A DNA stretch of 39,502 nucleotides from Candidatus Limnocylindrales bacterium (GTDB lineage: Bacteria; Eisenbacteria; RBG-16-71-46; SZUA-252): NCBI GenBank assembly GCA_035300625.1, contig DATGVG010000193.1:1-39502 (forward strand). The letters run 5' to 3'. A model generated the notes under the pieces. It was not told where the DNA came from and ran no database searches. It saw only the letters and a list, made by a program, of their open reading frames with translations. Positions 1 through 8,411 of the stretch are shown here, one piece after another. Positions within the stretch are counted from its first letter, which is position 1. Each line of letters begins with the position of its first letter. The position numbers and the translations under genes were made by a program.

Positions 1-204
1 GGGCGCGATGCGGGGGTTAGGTGGGCGCTCGCGGGGGGAGGGATTGCGAAGGGATGGGGGGAGCTGCGTTCCGCCGGGGGAACCGCGGAAGTGAGGGGTG
101 GAGGGGGCGACGGGGGTGCTGCGGGGACGACGGGGGTGGAGCGGGGGCGACGGGCGGCGGTGGGGTCGCGGCGCGCCTTTGCGGATCGCTGGCTGGATGA
201 CCAA

Positions 205-496
205 GCTCAACTTGCCCCGGGGCAAGTGCGCCATCGGGGGTCTCTGGGCCGGACCCATGGAAGTACATTCAACATGCGCCGGCGCATGTTGGTCACTGAA
301 ACGTCCCGGGCAAGTCGGGCGTTGGAACGAGGAAGACGGCCGCGGGGTCCCCGTGATTCATGTGAGGGCGTATGCGCTGGCGCATGCGCCATGCAGGCAC
401 ATACAACTTGCCCCGGGGCAAGTTGGGCGTTGGAACGACAAAGACGGCCACGGGTCCCCGTGATTCATGTGAAGGCGTGTGCGCTGGCGCATGCGC
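205..496. repeat. Tandem ~108-bp repeat family. The two well-conserved copies are 305-389 and 413-496, with a degenerate third copy at about 205-300. GC-rich perfect palindromes are embedded in it.
   Basis: Copies 305-389 and 413-496 align over about 85 nt with only a few mismatches and one 1-nt indel (cccgggcaagtcgggcgttggaacga...gtgattcatgtgagggcgtatgcgctggcgcatgcgc). Perfect palindromes: acttgccccggggcaagt at 210-227, aacatgcgccggcgcatgtt at 271-290, ggcgcatgcgcc at 379-390, aacttgccccggggcaagtt at 405-424. No convincing ORF covers the region. Confidence 0.8.
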
Positions 497-713
497 TCGG
501 GATACACGTGAAGCTCGGTCAGAACCTCGCGGCCGGCTTTGGGGGGCAGACGGGCGGGAGCCGGGATGCGGGCGGGCTCGCTGCGCGTGACCGGCCACGG
601 AAACCGAGCCGATGATGGCAGCGAAGGGGTGTGAGCGGCCCTTGGTGGTGTCAGCGGCCCCTTAGTTTCGAGGTCCCCGGATCATCTGACGATTTTGCTG
701 CAGCTTATGCCCA

Positions 714-729
714 TGTTTCACGTGAAACA
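714..729. promoter_or_regulatory. parS: parS centromere-like site (ParB binding site)
   Basis: TGTTTCACGTGAAACA is a perfect 16-bp palindrome matching the widely conserved chromosomal parS consensus tGTTnCACGTGAAACA. It lies about 30 bp downstream of the rsmG stop, in the origin-proximal position typical of parS. Confidence 0.85.
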
Positions 730-758
730 TGCCCCGCGGCCCCAGCCCCCACAACTCC

Positions 759-1430
759 TCAGGCTCTGGTCGAACCAAAGCGCCCTACGAGGAGACGTCC
801 GCCCAAGGCTCCCTCCACCACCTCCCCCCGCCATGTATCCAACTCACCCACGCCCGAAAGGGCGTCGGCCTCCGTACGGCTTCCTAGAAAGTAGACCCAC
901 CGACCGTCCTCCGCCACCGCACGTGACGCGTGCGCCAGAAGGGTAGGCAGATCTCCCAGGGCACGGACGACGATCGCTGCGACGGGATCGGTGCTCCACC
1001 CCCTCCCGACGTCCTCCATCCGGGCGCACACGACTCGGGCGTTCTTCAGCTGGAGGGTGCGCACCGCGTGCTCCAGGAAACCGGCCTTTCGCTCGCGCGA
1101 CTCGAGCAGGAGGACGCTCGTCATGGGCCATGCTATCGCAAGCGGGATTCCCGGGAGGCCGCCCCCGCTGCCGACGTCCATGACCGAAGCCGGCGGCTCC
1201 GGAAAACCAGCGAGCGCATTCAGCGAGTCGAGGACGTGCCGCGTGAACAGCCGGGGGCGATCGCTCTTCCCGATCAGGGCTAGGTCGGCGGACTTATCGT
1301 AGAGGAGGCGCCCATACTCGCATAGCAGCTCCGGCGCTCCCGGCGGGAACGCGCCGGGAAGGACGCGCCGTAGCGACTCCTCGAACCTTCTGTAGTCCGG
1401 AATCAGGTCAGGCGGGAGATTGGGAGACAC
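759..1430 (-). CDS. rsmG: 16S rRNA (guanine527-N7)-methyltransferase RsmG (GidB)
   Basis: 223-aa ORF with the SAM-binding motif [17 protein letters not shown]. It sits directly downstream of mnmG, the canonical gidA-gidB arrangement. Confidence 0.9.
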   Translation of the reverse strand: MSPNLPPDLIPDYRRFEESLRRVLPGAFPPGAPELLCEYGRLLYDKSADLALIGKSDRPRLFTRHVLDSLNALAGFPEPPASVMDVGSGGGLPGIPLAIAWPMTSVLLLESRERKAGFLEHAVRTLQLKNARVVCARMEDVGRGWSTDPVAAIVVRALGDLPTLLAHASRAVAEDGRWVYFLGSRTEADALSGVGELDTWRGEVVEGALGGRLLVGRFGSTRA

Positions 1431-3237
1431 GCCTGCGATCTCTCTCGGCGTAGATCATGAGCACCGCGACATCGGCGGGCGAGAATCCCGGAAGCCGGGA
1501 CGCCTGGCCCACGGTCGCGGGCTTGAAGCGTCTGATCTTTTCGAGACCCTCCCGCGAGAGTCCACGGAGAGGCTGGGTCGCGATCCCGTCGGAGAGTTTC
1601 AGATTCTCACTCCGGGCGGCGCGCTCGACCGCTCGCTTCTGGTGCTCGATGTACCCCTCGTAGCGAATCTCGACAAGGGCGGACTCGATCGCCTCGACTC
1701 CGAGATCCGCGAGATCGGGGCGCGCGGCCAGAGCCTCCGCGTCCGCGACCGGCATGGCGGCCACTCCCCGCGCCGCACCGCCAATGCCGCGCACCAGGCG
1801 CAGAGCCTCGCCGCGCACGGCAACGCGCGCGTCCAGGCGGGCCAGCTCATCCTGGCTCAAGGTCCCGAGCGTGCGCGCGTGCCGCGCCAGGCGCTCGGGA
1901 GCGTTATCCTGCCGTAGCAGTAGGCGGTGCTCGGCACTGGAGGTGAACATGCGATACGGCTCCTCCGTTCCCTTAGTTACTAGATCGTCAATCAACACAC
2001 CGATATACGCCTCATCTCGTCCAAGCGTGAACGCCTCTCGGCCGCTCAGCCTGAGCGCCGCGTTGATCCCCGCCATCAGTCCCTGCGCCGCGGCCTCCTC
2101 GTAACCCGACGTTCCGTTGATCTGGCCGGCCAGGTAAAGACCCCGGACCGGCCTGGTCTCCAGCGTCGGGCGGAGCTGGGTCGGCGGGACGAAGTCGTAT
2201 TCGACGGCGTAGCCCGTCCGGAGTAGCTCGGCCTCTTCCAGTCCCGGGATCGTTTTCAGCATCGCGCGCTGGACGTCCTCGGGGAGACTGGTGGAGAGGC
2301 CGTTCACGTAGTACTCGTGCGTCGTGCGCCCCTCCGGCTCCAGGAAAATCTGATGCGAGGGCTTTTCCGCGAAGCGCACGACCTTGTCCTCGACCGAGGG
2401 GCAGTAGCGCGGCCCGATGCCGCGGATCTTCCCGGTGTAGAGGGGCGAACGATGGAGGTTCGCCCGGATGAGAGCGTGCGTCTCGGCAGTCGTGGCCGTG
2501 AGGTGGCAAAGGACCTGATCCGCGCAGAGGGAGTCGGTGAAATGGGAGAACGGGCGCGGGGGCTCGTCGCCGGGCTGCTCGAGGCATCGCGAAAAATCGA
2601 TCGAGTCCCGGTGGATGCGGGGAGGCGTGCCCGTCTTCAGGCGCACGAGCGAGAATCCCAGATCGGTGAGGCAATCCGAGAGCCCCCGCGACGGCTCCTC
2701 GCCGGCGCGGCCGCCCGGCACGCTCGTGTCTCCGACGTGGAGGAGCCCGTTCAAGAACGTGCCCGGCGTGATCACCACCGCCTGCGCTTCGATTGTCGCC
2801 CCATCCGCCGTGAGGACTCCCTGAATCGCGCCCTCCCGCACGAGGAAGGAGACGACCTGCGCCTGCACCAGCGTGATCCCCGGATCGGATTCGAGGTGCT
2901 CGCGGACGATCGCGCGGTAGAGGGCCTTGTCCTCCTGCGCGCGCGGCGACCAGACGGCCGGGCCCCGGCCGCGGTTCAGCATCTTGAACTGGATGCCCGC
3001 GCGGTCGGCCATTCGCCCCATGAGGCCGCCCAGGGCATCGATTTCGCGAACCAGGTGCCCCTTGGCCAGCCCGCCGATCGCGGGATTGCAGGGCATGTGC
3101 GCGATCGATTCGAGGCTCATCGTCACCAGCCCCACCTCGATCCCCATGCGGGCCGCGATGCACGCCGCTTCGCACCCCGCGTGCCCCGCGCCGATGACGA
3201 GCAGGGGAAAGTGGGAGCGCCCCACGCCGTCGCTCAT
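1408..3237 (-). CDS. mnmG: tRNA uridine 5-carboxymethylaminomethyl modification enzyme MnmG (GidA)
   Basis: 609-aa ORF with the N-terminal FAD motif [12 protein letters not shown] and conserved blocks [19 protein letters not shown] and [16 protein letters not shown]. Its start overlaps the mnmE stop by 4 bp. Confidence 0.95.
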   Translation of the reverse strand: MSDGVGRSHFPLLVIGAGHAGCEAACIAARMGIEVGLVTMSLESIAHMPCNPAIGGLAKGHLVREIDALGGLMGRMADRAGIQFKMLNRGRGPAVWSPRAQEDKALYRAIVREHLESDPGITLVQAQVVSFLVREGAIQGVLTADGATIEAQAVVITPGTFLNGLLHVGDTSVPGGRAGEEPSRGLSDCLTDLGFSLVRLKTGTPPRIHRDSIDFSRCLEQPGDEPPRPFSHFTDSLCADQVLCHLTATTAETHALIRANLHRSPLYTGKIRGIGPRYCPSVEDKVVRFAEKPSHQIFLEPEGRTTHEYYVNGLSTSLPEDVQRAMLKTIPGLEEAELLRTGYAVEYDFVPPTQLRPTLETRPVRGLYLAGQINGTSGYEEAAAQGLMAGINAALRLSGREAFTLGRDEAYIGVLIDDLVTKGTEEPYRMFTSSAEHRLLLRQDNAPERLARHARTLGTLSQDELARLDARVAVRGEALRLVRGIGGAARGVAAMPVADAEALAARPDLADLGVEAIESALVEIRYEGYIEHQKRAVERAARSENLKLSDGIATQPLRGLSREGLEKIRRFKPATVGQASRLPGFSPADVAVLMIYAERDRRRVSQSPA

Positions 3238-4649
3238 TTCCCGATGCAGAAGCGCGCGAAGATGGCCGCAACCACGTCCTGATCGACGCCGCGCCCGACG
3301 ATTTCCCCCAGCGCGCGGCGCGCGTCCGTGAGATCGAGCGCGATCAGGTCGCAGGACTCGTCGGCGCGCAGGGCCGCCTCAGCGCGCACGAGCGCGGCGT
3401 GGGCCTCGGCCAGAAGCGCCTCCTGGCGGGCGCTCGCGGTCGGGATCTCGTCTCCCGCGTGGCCGGAGAGCACGGAGGGGAGCGCTTCGCGAAGAGCGTC
3501 GCGCAGCAGATCCGCCCCCGAGGGCTCGATCGCTACCGTTTCCACCTCGGCCAGGACGCGGGTTCCCGCGAGGGCGGTCCCGCTCCAGCCCTCCGGGCGC
3601 GGCACGCCTCCGGCACCCCCGACACCACGGGACCTCGCGAGGTCCGCCTTGTTCCATGCGACCAGCACCGGCGCACTCTCGCCCAAGGCGCCGGCCAGCG
3701 CCTCCACGCTCGCGCCCGGCGCGGAGCGGTCCAGCACGACCACCGCGAGATCGCTCCGCGACAGCGCGAGCGCGGCCCGCTCGGTTCCCAGCCGCTCGAT
3801 CGGATCGTCGCTCCAGCGAAGGCCCGCCGTATCCACCATGCGGAGCTCGACGCCGTCGAGCCAGATCGATGCCTCGACGGTGTCGCGCGTGGTTCCGGGG
3901 GTATCGCTCACGATGGCGCGCTCGTATCCCACCAGCGCATTCAAGAGGCTCGACTTTCCCACGTTGGGAGGGCCCGCGAGCACCACCGAGACCCCCCCCT
4001 CGCCGCGCCTCGCGCCGGGAAGACCCGCAAGCCATCCGCCGATCTCGGACGCGATCCCGCCACACCGCCCGGCCAACGCCGCGCCGTCCAGACGCTCGCC
4101 CGCCTCCGAGGGGAAATCGATCCGCGCCTCGACCTCTGCCAAGAGCTCGACCAGCGCGCCGTCCAGCCGCTCGATCCGGCGCGACAGGGCCCCGCCCAGC
4201 GTCGCCCGCGCCGCCCGGGCCGCGCGGTCCGACCGCGCGCGCACCAGCGCGGCCACCGCCTCGGCCTGGGCAAGGTCCAGCTTCCCGTTTCGGAACGCGC
4301 GCTCCGTGAACTCTCCGGGGCGCGCCGGCCGGGCTCCCGCGCGCACCAGGGCCTCGAAGATCGCGGCCGGCACCGCGGCGCCCCCATGGGACGCGATCTC
4401 CACGACGTCTTCTCCCGTGTAGGAATGGGGCGCGCGGAAAACCGACAGCAGAACGGTATCGATGGGGGCGCCGGATCCGTCGTGGAACCGGCCGTGGAGA
4501 ATGCGGTGGGTTGGGGTCTCTTCGGGGGAGCGCTTACCGCTGAAGTGGCCCGACGCGATGCGCAGGGCGCCGGGGCCGCTCAGGCGAACCATGGCGACGG
4601 CAGCCTCGCCCGGGGCCGTCGCCGGGGCGACGATCGTATCGTCTGCCAC
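3234..4649 (-). CDS. mnmE: tRNA modification GTPase MnmE (TrmE)
   Basis: 471-aa ORF with the G-domain motifs [14 protein letters not shown] and DTAG, and the hallmark C-terminal FCIGK. Confidence 0.95.
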   Translation of the reverse strand: MADDTIVAPATAPGEAAVAMVRLSGPGALRIASGHFSGKRSPEETPTHRILHGRFHDGSGAPIDTVLLSVFRAPHSYTGEDVVEIASHGGAAVPAAIFEALVRAGARPARPGEFTERAFRNGKLDLAQAEAVAALVRARSDRAARAARATLGGALSRRIERLDGALVELLAEVEARIDFPSEAGERLDGAALAGRCGGIASEIGGWLAGLPGARRGEGGVSVVLAGPPNVGKSSLLNALVGYERAIVSDTPGTTRDTVEASIWLDGVELRMVDTAGLRWSDDPIERLGTERAALALSRSDLAVVVLDRSAPGASVEALAGALGESAPVLVAWNKADLARSRGVGGAGGVPRPEGWSGTALAGTRVLAEVETVAIEPSGADLLRDALREALPSVLSGHAGDEIPTASARQEALLAEAHAALVRAEAALRADESCDLIALDLTDARRALGEIVGRGVDQDVVAAIFARFCIGK

Positions 4650-4675
4650 CTGCCGTCACGTCCGCCCGGTCCCGA

Positions 4676-5518
4676 TCACGCGTCCCTTCGCGGCGCGGAT
4701 TCGCCGGTGCCCTTGCGGATGACGACGCGCTTGTAGTGCCCGTCGCCCACGGTCACCGTTTCCATCCCGGGGACCTCGGCCACTTCCAGGTGCACGATGC
4801 GCCGCTCGCTGGCCGGGAGCGGCTCCGTGGTGACTTCGTCGCCCGATTCGCGGGCCGCCTCGATCAATTCGCGCGCCATCTCGCGGAGCGCTTCGATCTG
4901 CCGGTCGCGATAGCCCGCCACGTCCACTTCCAGGCGGGGCGGCGCCTCCTCGGGCATGCGCGCGCGGATCATCCGCCCCAGCAGGTGCTGGAGCGCCGCG
5001 AGGGTTTCGCCGTCGGGGCCGATCAGGTACTGGTCCCGGTCGCCCGCGCTGACCGCGACGCGAATGCCGTGGCGCGTCTTTTCCGCATCCACCGTGGCGG
5101 GAAATTCCATGTGCTTCATGATTCCCTCGGCCAGGTCGCGGACGTCCGCGACCAGCTCGGGGGTGATCTTCTCGGGATCCATCGGAGGAGGAGGCGGTCC
5201 GTAGCTGATCGGCGCCGGCCGGCGCGAGGCGCCACGATCGTACGACCCGCCGCGGCGGCCCCCGTCGTCGTAACCCGAGGACGCCCGGCGCGGGGCTCCC
5301 GGCGCGGGCTTCCGGAGTCCGTCCGCGGATGCGTCCGGATCGCGCTGCCACGCGCGGATGCGCACCGGGCGGTAACCCGTGCTGGATTCCGTCGACGCGC
5401 CGGGATCCAAGATCTCAATGCCCAGCTCCGTCGTGCGCAGGCCCAGCTGCGCGGATGCGGCCGCGACCGCGTCCTGGAACGTTTCGCCTTCGATCTCGAT
5501 GCCGTTACGGTCGTTCAT
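4676..5518 (-). CDS. khpB: RNA-binding protein KhpB/Jag (Jag_N, KH and R3H domains)
   Basis: 280-aa ORF. The N-terminus (IEIEGETFQDAVAAASAQLG) is Jag_N-like and the C-terminus (ERRIVHLEVAEVPGMETVTVGDGHYKRVVI) is R3H-like. It lies between yidC and mnmE as in many bacteria. A Gly/Arg/Pro-rich low-complexity linker sits in the middle. Confidence 0.85.
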   Translation of the reverse strand: MNDRNGIEIEGETFQDAVAAASAQLGLRTTELGIEILDPGASTESSTGYRPVRIRAWQRDPDASADGLRKPAPGAPRRASSGYDDGGRRGGSYDRGASRRPAPISYGPPPPPMDPEKITPELVADVRDLAEGIMKHMEFPATVDAEKTRHGIRVAVSAGDRDQYLIGPDGETLAALQHLLGRMIRARMPEEAPPRLEVDVAGYRDRQIEALREMARELIEAARESGDEVTTEPLPASERRIVHLEVAEVPGMETVTVGDGHYKRVVIRKGTGESAPRRDA

Positions 5519-5543
5519 CGGAGCCGCCCGCGCTCTCCGGATC

Positions 5544-7244
5544 TCAAGTGTGCGCCGCCATTCTCCGATCCTCGGCGACGTTGACCAGATACTGCTGCAT
5601 CGCTGACACCAGGTTGTTCACCGTCCAGTAGATGATCACGCCCGAGGGCAAATTATACATGATGTAAAGCATCATGAGAGGCATCAGGTACATCATGAAC
5701 TGCTGACGCGGATCGACGGGGGTTTGCGACTGGAGCAGGAAAGTGCTCCCGGTCATGAGGATGGGCAGCACGTGCATCGGGAACCCGGCGACGTATCCGA
5801 CCACGTCCGGGGCCGAGAGGTCGTGGATCCACCCCACGAAGCCCGCCGACCGGAGCTCGATCGCGTGCAGCAGCACCTGGTAGAGGGCCAGGAACACCGG
5901 AAGCTGCAGGAGCATCGGTAGGCACCCGCCCATCGGGTTCACCTTGTGCTCCTTGTATAGGCTCATCATGGCCTGGTTCATCTTGGCCGGATCGCTCTGG
6001 TGCTTCTCTCGGATCGCGTTCACCTGCGGCTGCAGCCGGTGCATCACCTTCATGGTGCGCAGGCTGGACTGCGTCAGCGGATAGAAGATGAGCTTGGCGA
6101 CCAGGGCCACCATGATGATCGCGATTCCATAGTTGGGGATCGCCCGGTGGATGAGTACGAGACTCTTGAGGAGAATCGCGCTCACCGGGACGATCCACTT
6201 CCATCCCAGATTCGCCAGCTCCTCCAGTCCCGCGCCGATCCGCACCAGCGTCTCGAAGTGGATCGGTCCGGCGTAGAGCCTGGCGTGCCGCACGACCTCG
6301 ACTCCGGGCGCGGACGTCCCCGCCAGCCAGACGATCGGGACCTTGCCCGGCCCCGGCTGGAAGACCACTTCGGGGATGCTCGCCGAGTCCGGAATGACCG
6401 TGGCGATGAAGTACTTGCTCCGCTGGCCGGCCCAGCGGACGTTCCCCTGGAGCCGCTTCACTCCATCCTTCGCGCTCCGCCGCATGTCCTCGGCCTCGAG
6501 CCGCGTGCCCAGGTAGGCGACCGCGATCCGCTCCTCGGGCCGCGAGTTCACCTCGGTCAAGGGGAGCGGATTGGCCCAGCCGATACGGTAGCGGATCGGA
6601 CCCAGCTGGGCAGGCGCCGCGACCCGCACTTCCACTTCGAGCAGGTTGGGGTCCTGGGCCAGGCGGTACGTCTTGGTGACTCGGATCCCGCTGGAATCCT
6701 CCGCGCTGAAAGCGAGCCATCCCTCGCGCGCGCTCCCGCCTGTCTTCCGGAAGGGGGCGTTCGCGAAGTCGTAGAAGACGCCCGGGGTGCCCACCGTGAC
6801 GTGCATGGCCGTCTCGCCGGGTGGGATCAGGTCCAGCGGCACCTTCCGGCGTGGGTCGCGGTACTGGGGGAGCACCCACGACGAAACCGCGCCTCCCTGG
6901 CCGGTAAAGGAGGCGTGGAACTGGCTCGTGTCCAGGGAGTCCCGCACCGCCGGCGCCGACGGAACGCGCGCCGCGACGATCGGCTCGCCTCCCTCGCCCA
7001 CCCCGGTCGAGGCGCGCATCGCGACCGATTCCGCGGCGGAGGAGCGCGCCGCGCCCGCTGCGCCCGCGCCCAAAGCGCCAGCCCCCGGCGATGCCCCCTT
7101 ATCGGGCGCGCCCGGAACGGCCGGAGCGCCCGTGCCCGGAGGGGCCGCGGGATGCCGCGCCCGGTTCCACTTGGACCAGAGCACCTGGTCCACGAGCAGG
7201 ACGCCCATGATCAGCACGACGGCGAGCAGTGTTCTTCGATCCAT
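5544..7244 (-). CDS. yidC: Membrane protein insertase YidC
   Basis: 566-aa ORF with an N-terminal TM segment, a large periplasmic domain and the conserved C-terminal core (NYGIAIIMVALVAKLIFYPL, MMSLYKEHKVNPMGGCLPMLLQLPVFLALY). Confidence 0.95.
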   Translation of the reverse strand: MDRRTLLAVVLIMGVLLVDQVLWSKWNRARHPAAPPGTGAPAVPGAPDKGASPGAGALGAGAAGAARSSAAESVAMRASTGVGEGGEPIVAARVPSAPAVRDSLDTSQFHASFTGQGGAVSSWVLPQYRDPRRKVPLDLIPPGETAMHVTVGTPGVFYDFANAPFRKTGGSAREGWLAFSAEDSSGIRVTKTYRLAQDPNLLEVEVRVAAPAQLGPIRYRIGWANPLPLTEVNSRPEERIAVAYLGTRLEAEDMRRSAKDGVKRLQGNVRWAGQRSKYFIATVIPDSASIPEVVFQPGPGKVPIVWLAGTSAPGVEVVRHARLYAGPIHFETLVRIGAGLEELANLGWKWIVPVSAILLKSLVLIHRAIPNYGIAIIMVALVAKLIFYPLTQSSLRTMKVMHRLQPQVNAIREKHQSDPAKMNQAMMSLYKEHKVNPMGGCLPMLLQLPVFLALYQVLLHAIELRSAGFVGWIHDLSAPDVVGYVAGFPMHVLPILMTGSTFLLQSQTPVDPRQQFMMYLMPLMMLYIMYNLPSGVIIYWTVNNLVSAMQQYLVNVAEDRRMAAHT

Positions 7245-7259
7245 GGATGGAGCCCGCCC

Positions 7260-7517
7260 TTACGGGACGGGGTCGTAGCCTCCGGGGTGAAACGGGTGGC
7301 AGCGCGCGATGCGCCGGACGATCAGCAGGGCAGCCGGGAAGAATCCGTGCTTCTGGAGCGCCTCCTCGGCATACGACGAGCATGAGGGGTAAAAGCGGCA
7401 GGCCTTCGGCAGCACGGGAACGGCGATGAGGCGATAGGCGCGCACCAGGGTCGCGGCGAGGGCGCGCAGGCCGAAGCCCTCGCGGATCGCCCGGCCGGCG
7501 AGTGCAGTCGCGGTCAT
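7260..7517 (-). CDS. yidD: Membrane protein insertion efficiency factor YidD
   Basis: Conserved YidD core CRFYPSCSSYAEEALQKHGFFPAALLIVRRIARCHPFHPGGYDPV. The ATG at 7517 overlaps the rnpA TGA (7514-7516) as ATGA. The 185-aa ORF in the track is an upstream extension running through rnpA in another frame. Confidence 0.85.
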   Translation of the reverse strand: MTATALAGRAIREGFGLRALAATLVRAYRLIAVPVLPKACRFYPSCSSYAEEALQKHGFFPAALLIVRRIARCHPFHPGGYDPVP

Positions 7518-7861
7518 CGGCGCTCGCGGCCCACGAGAAGGGCCATCTCGTCGGCCACGTTCTGTGCCGTCGAGCGCGAGCAGGCGGCGCGCGCGATCCA
7601 GATGCGCCATCTGGCTTCGTCCCGCCGCTCGGCCGGCAGACGGCGGTATCCCTCGCGCAGGAGGCGCTTCGCGCGATTCCGGCGCACGGCGGGGCCGACC
7701 TTCCGGCTCGCCACGTACGCGACGCGGCTCCAGTCGTCGGACTTGCCGAGGCTGACCAGCGTCATTAAAGATCCGTGGAACGAGCTGCCGGAGCGGTACA
7801 CCTCGCGGAATTGCCACCCCGAGCGGAGACGGCGATCACCAGTCGGGGCCACGCCGGCCAT
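7514..7861 (-). CDS. rnpA: Ribonuclease P protein component
   Basis: 115-aa basic ORF with the RnpA-like motifs RLRSGWQFREVY and VSRKVGPAVRRNRAKRLLRE, located 25 bp downstream of rpmH. Confidence 0.9.
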   Translation of the reverse strand: MAGVAPTGDRRLRSGWQFREVYRSGSSFHGSLMTLVSLGKSDDWSRVAYVASRKVGPAVRRNRAKRLLREGYRRLPAERRDEARWRIWIARAACSRSTAQNVADEMALLVGRERR

Positions 7862-7886
7862 GCGCGAGTCGCCGAGTGCGGCCGCG

Positions 7887-8021
7887 TCAGACCGTGAGAC
7901 GTTTGCGGCCCCGGTCGCGGCGGCGCTTCAGCACCGCCCGGCCGCCGCGGGTGCTCATGCGCTCGCGAAAGCCGTGGACCTTTTTTCTGCGGCGATTGTG
8001 CGGCTGGAACGTGCGCTTCAC
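7887..8021 (-). CDS. rpmH: 50S ribosomal protein L34 (not listed in the supplied ORF track)
   Basis: Hand translation of the minus strand from GTG (8021-8019) gives [44 protein letters not shown] then TGA at 7889-7887. That is 44 codons and matches the L34 family closely. Position upstream of rnpA is canonical. Confidence 0.92.
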   Translation of the reverse strand: MKRTFQPHNRRRKKVHGFRERMSTRGGRAVLKRRRDRGRKRLTV

Positions 8022-8074
8022 AGTCGGAATGCCTCTGTTTGAATGGGTTATCTGCCGTGCGACGCGAGTCGGGG

Positions 8075-8103
8075 AGTCTACTGGACCGGGGCCGGCGGGT
8101 CAA
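8075..8103 (-). promoter_or_regulatory. Candidate sigma70-type promoter for the rpmH operon
   Basis: The minus strand reads TTGACC (8103-8098), a 17-nt spacer, then TAGACT (8080-8075). This is about 55 bp upstream of the rpmH GTG. Confidence 0.45.
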
Positions 8104-8354
8104 GGCGGCGGCGAGGGCAAGAATTTCGTTGCGCGACTCCGGCCCGGGTCGTAGATTCCGACCCTCGACAGACGCGAGACGCGAGGCCCTGTTCGCGGCT
8201 CACGCCTGTCTCACCGCTTCTTCCCTCGGCGCGCGCAGCGCGCTACCAACGAAAGTCGAAATGCTTTGAGCGAGGCGTCGCCCGACATCGCGTACCCTGT
8301 GGTATTCACGGGGCGTAACGGAGCCACACGCAATCCGTTACGCCCCGGTCGTTT

Positions 8355-8375
8355 TGTGGATAAGTCTGTGGATAG
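8355..8375 (-). promoter_or_regulatory. Two tandem DnaA boxes upstream of dnaA
   Basis: tgtggataa (8355-8363) is the reverse complement of the perfect consensus TTATCCACA. tgtggatag (8367-8375) is the reverse complement of CTATCCACA, one mismatch. The two are 3 bp apart and about 40 bp upstream of the dnaA ATG. Confidence 0.8.
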
Positions 8376-8411
8376 TGCGTGGAGTGGGTGTGTGAAGGTG
8401 GGGATAGGGAC

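Noticed and set aside
205-496. Possible CRISPR array, because of direct repeats with palindromic cores
   Set aside because: There are only two good copies plus one degenerate copy. The repeat unit (~85 nt) is far longer than the intervening sequence (~23 nt), the units are only about 90 percent identical, and no cas genes are visible. A tandem or REP-like repeat fits better.
17-615. ORFs covering the left end (17-268 minus, Pro-rich; 91-615 and 98-463 plus; 293-598 minus)
   Set aside because: The translations are low-complexity Arg/Pro/Gly-rich strings that simply read through the tandem repeat in several frames. They have no recognisable domain and no SD-like start context. These frames are open because stop codons are rare in GC-rich DNA.
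7518-7817. Long 185-aa version of yidD
   Set aside because: The extra 100 codons overlap rnpA out of frame and have no YidD similarity. ATG 7517 forms a classic ATGA overlap with the rnpA stop and gives the normal ~85-aa YidD.
8043-8318. Short ORFs in the rpmH-dnaA spacer (8039-8269 and 8043-8318, plus strand)
   Set aside because: They have no SD context, their translations are Arg-rich, and they lie across the predicted rpmH promoter. They are most likely non-coding.
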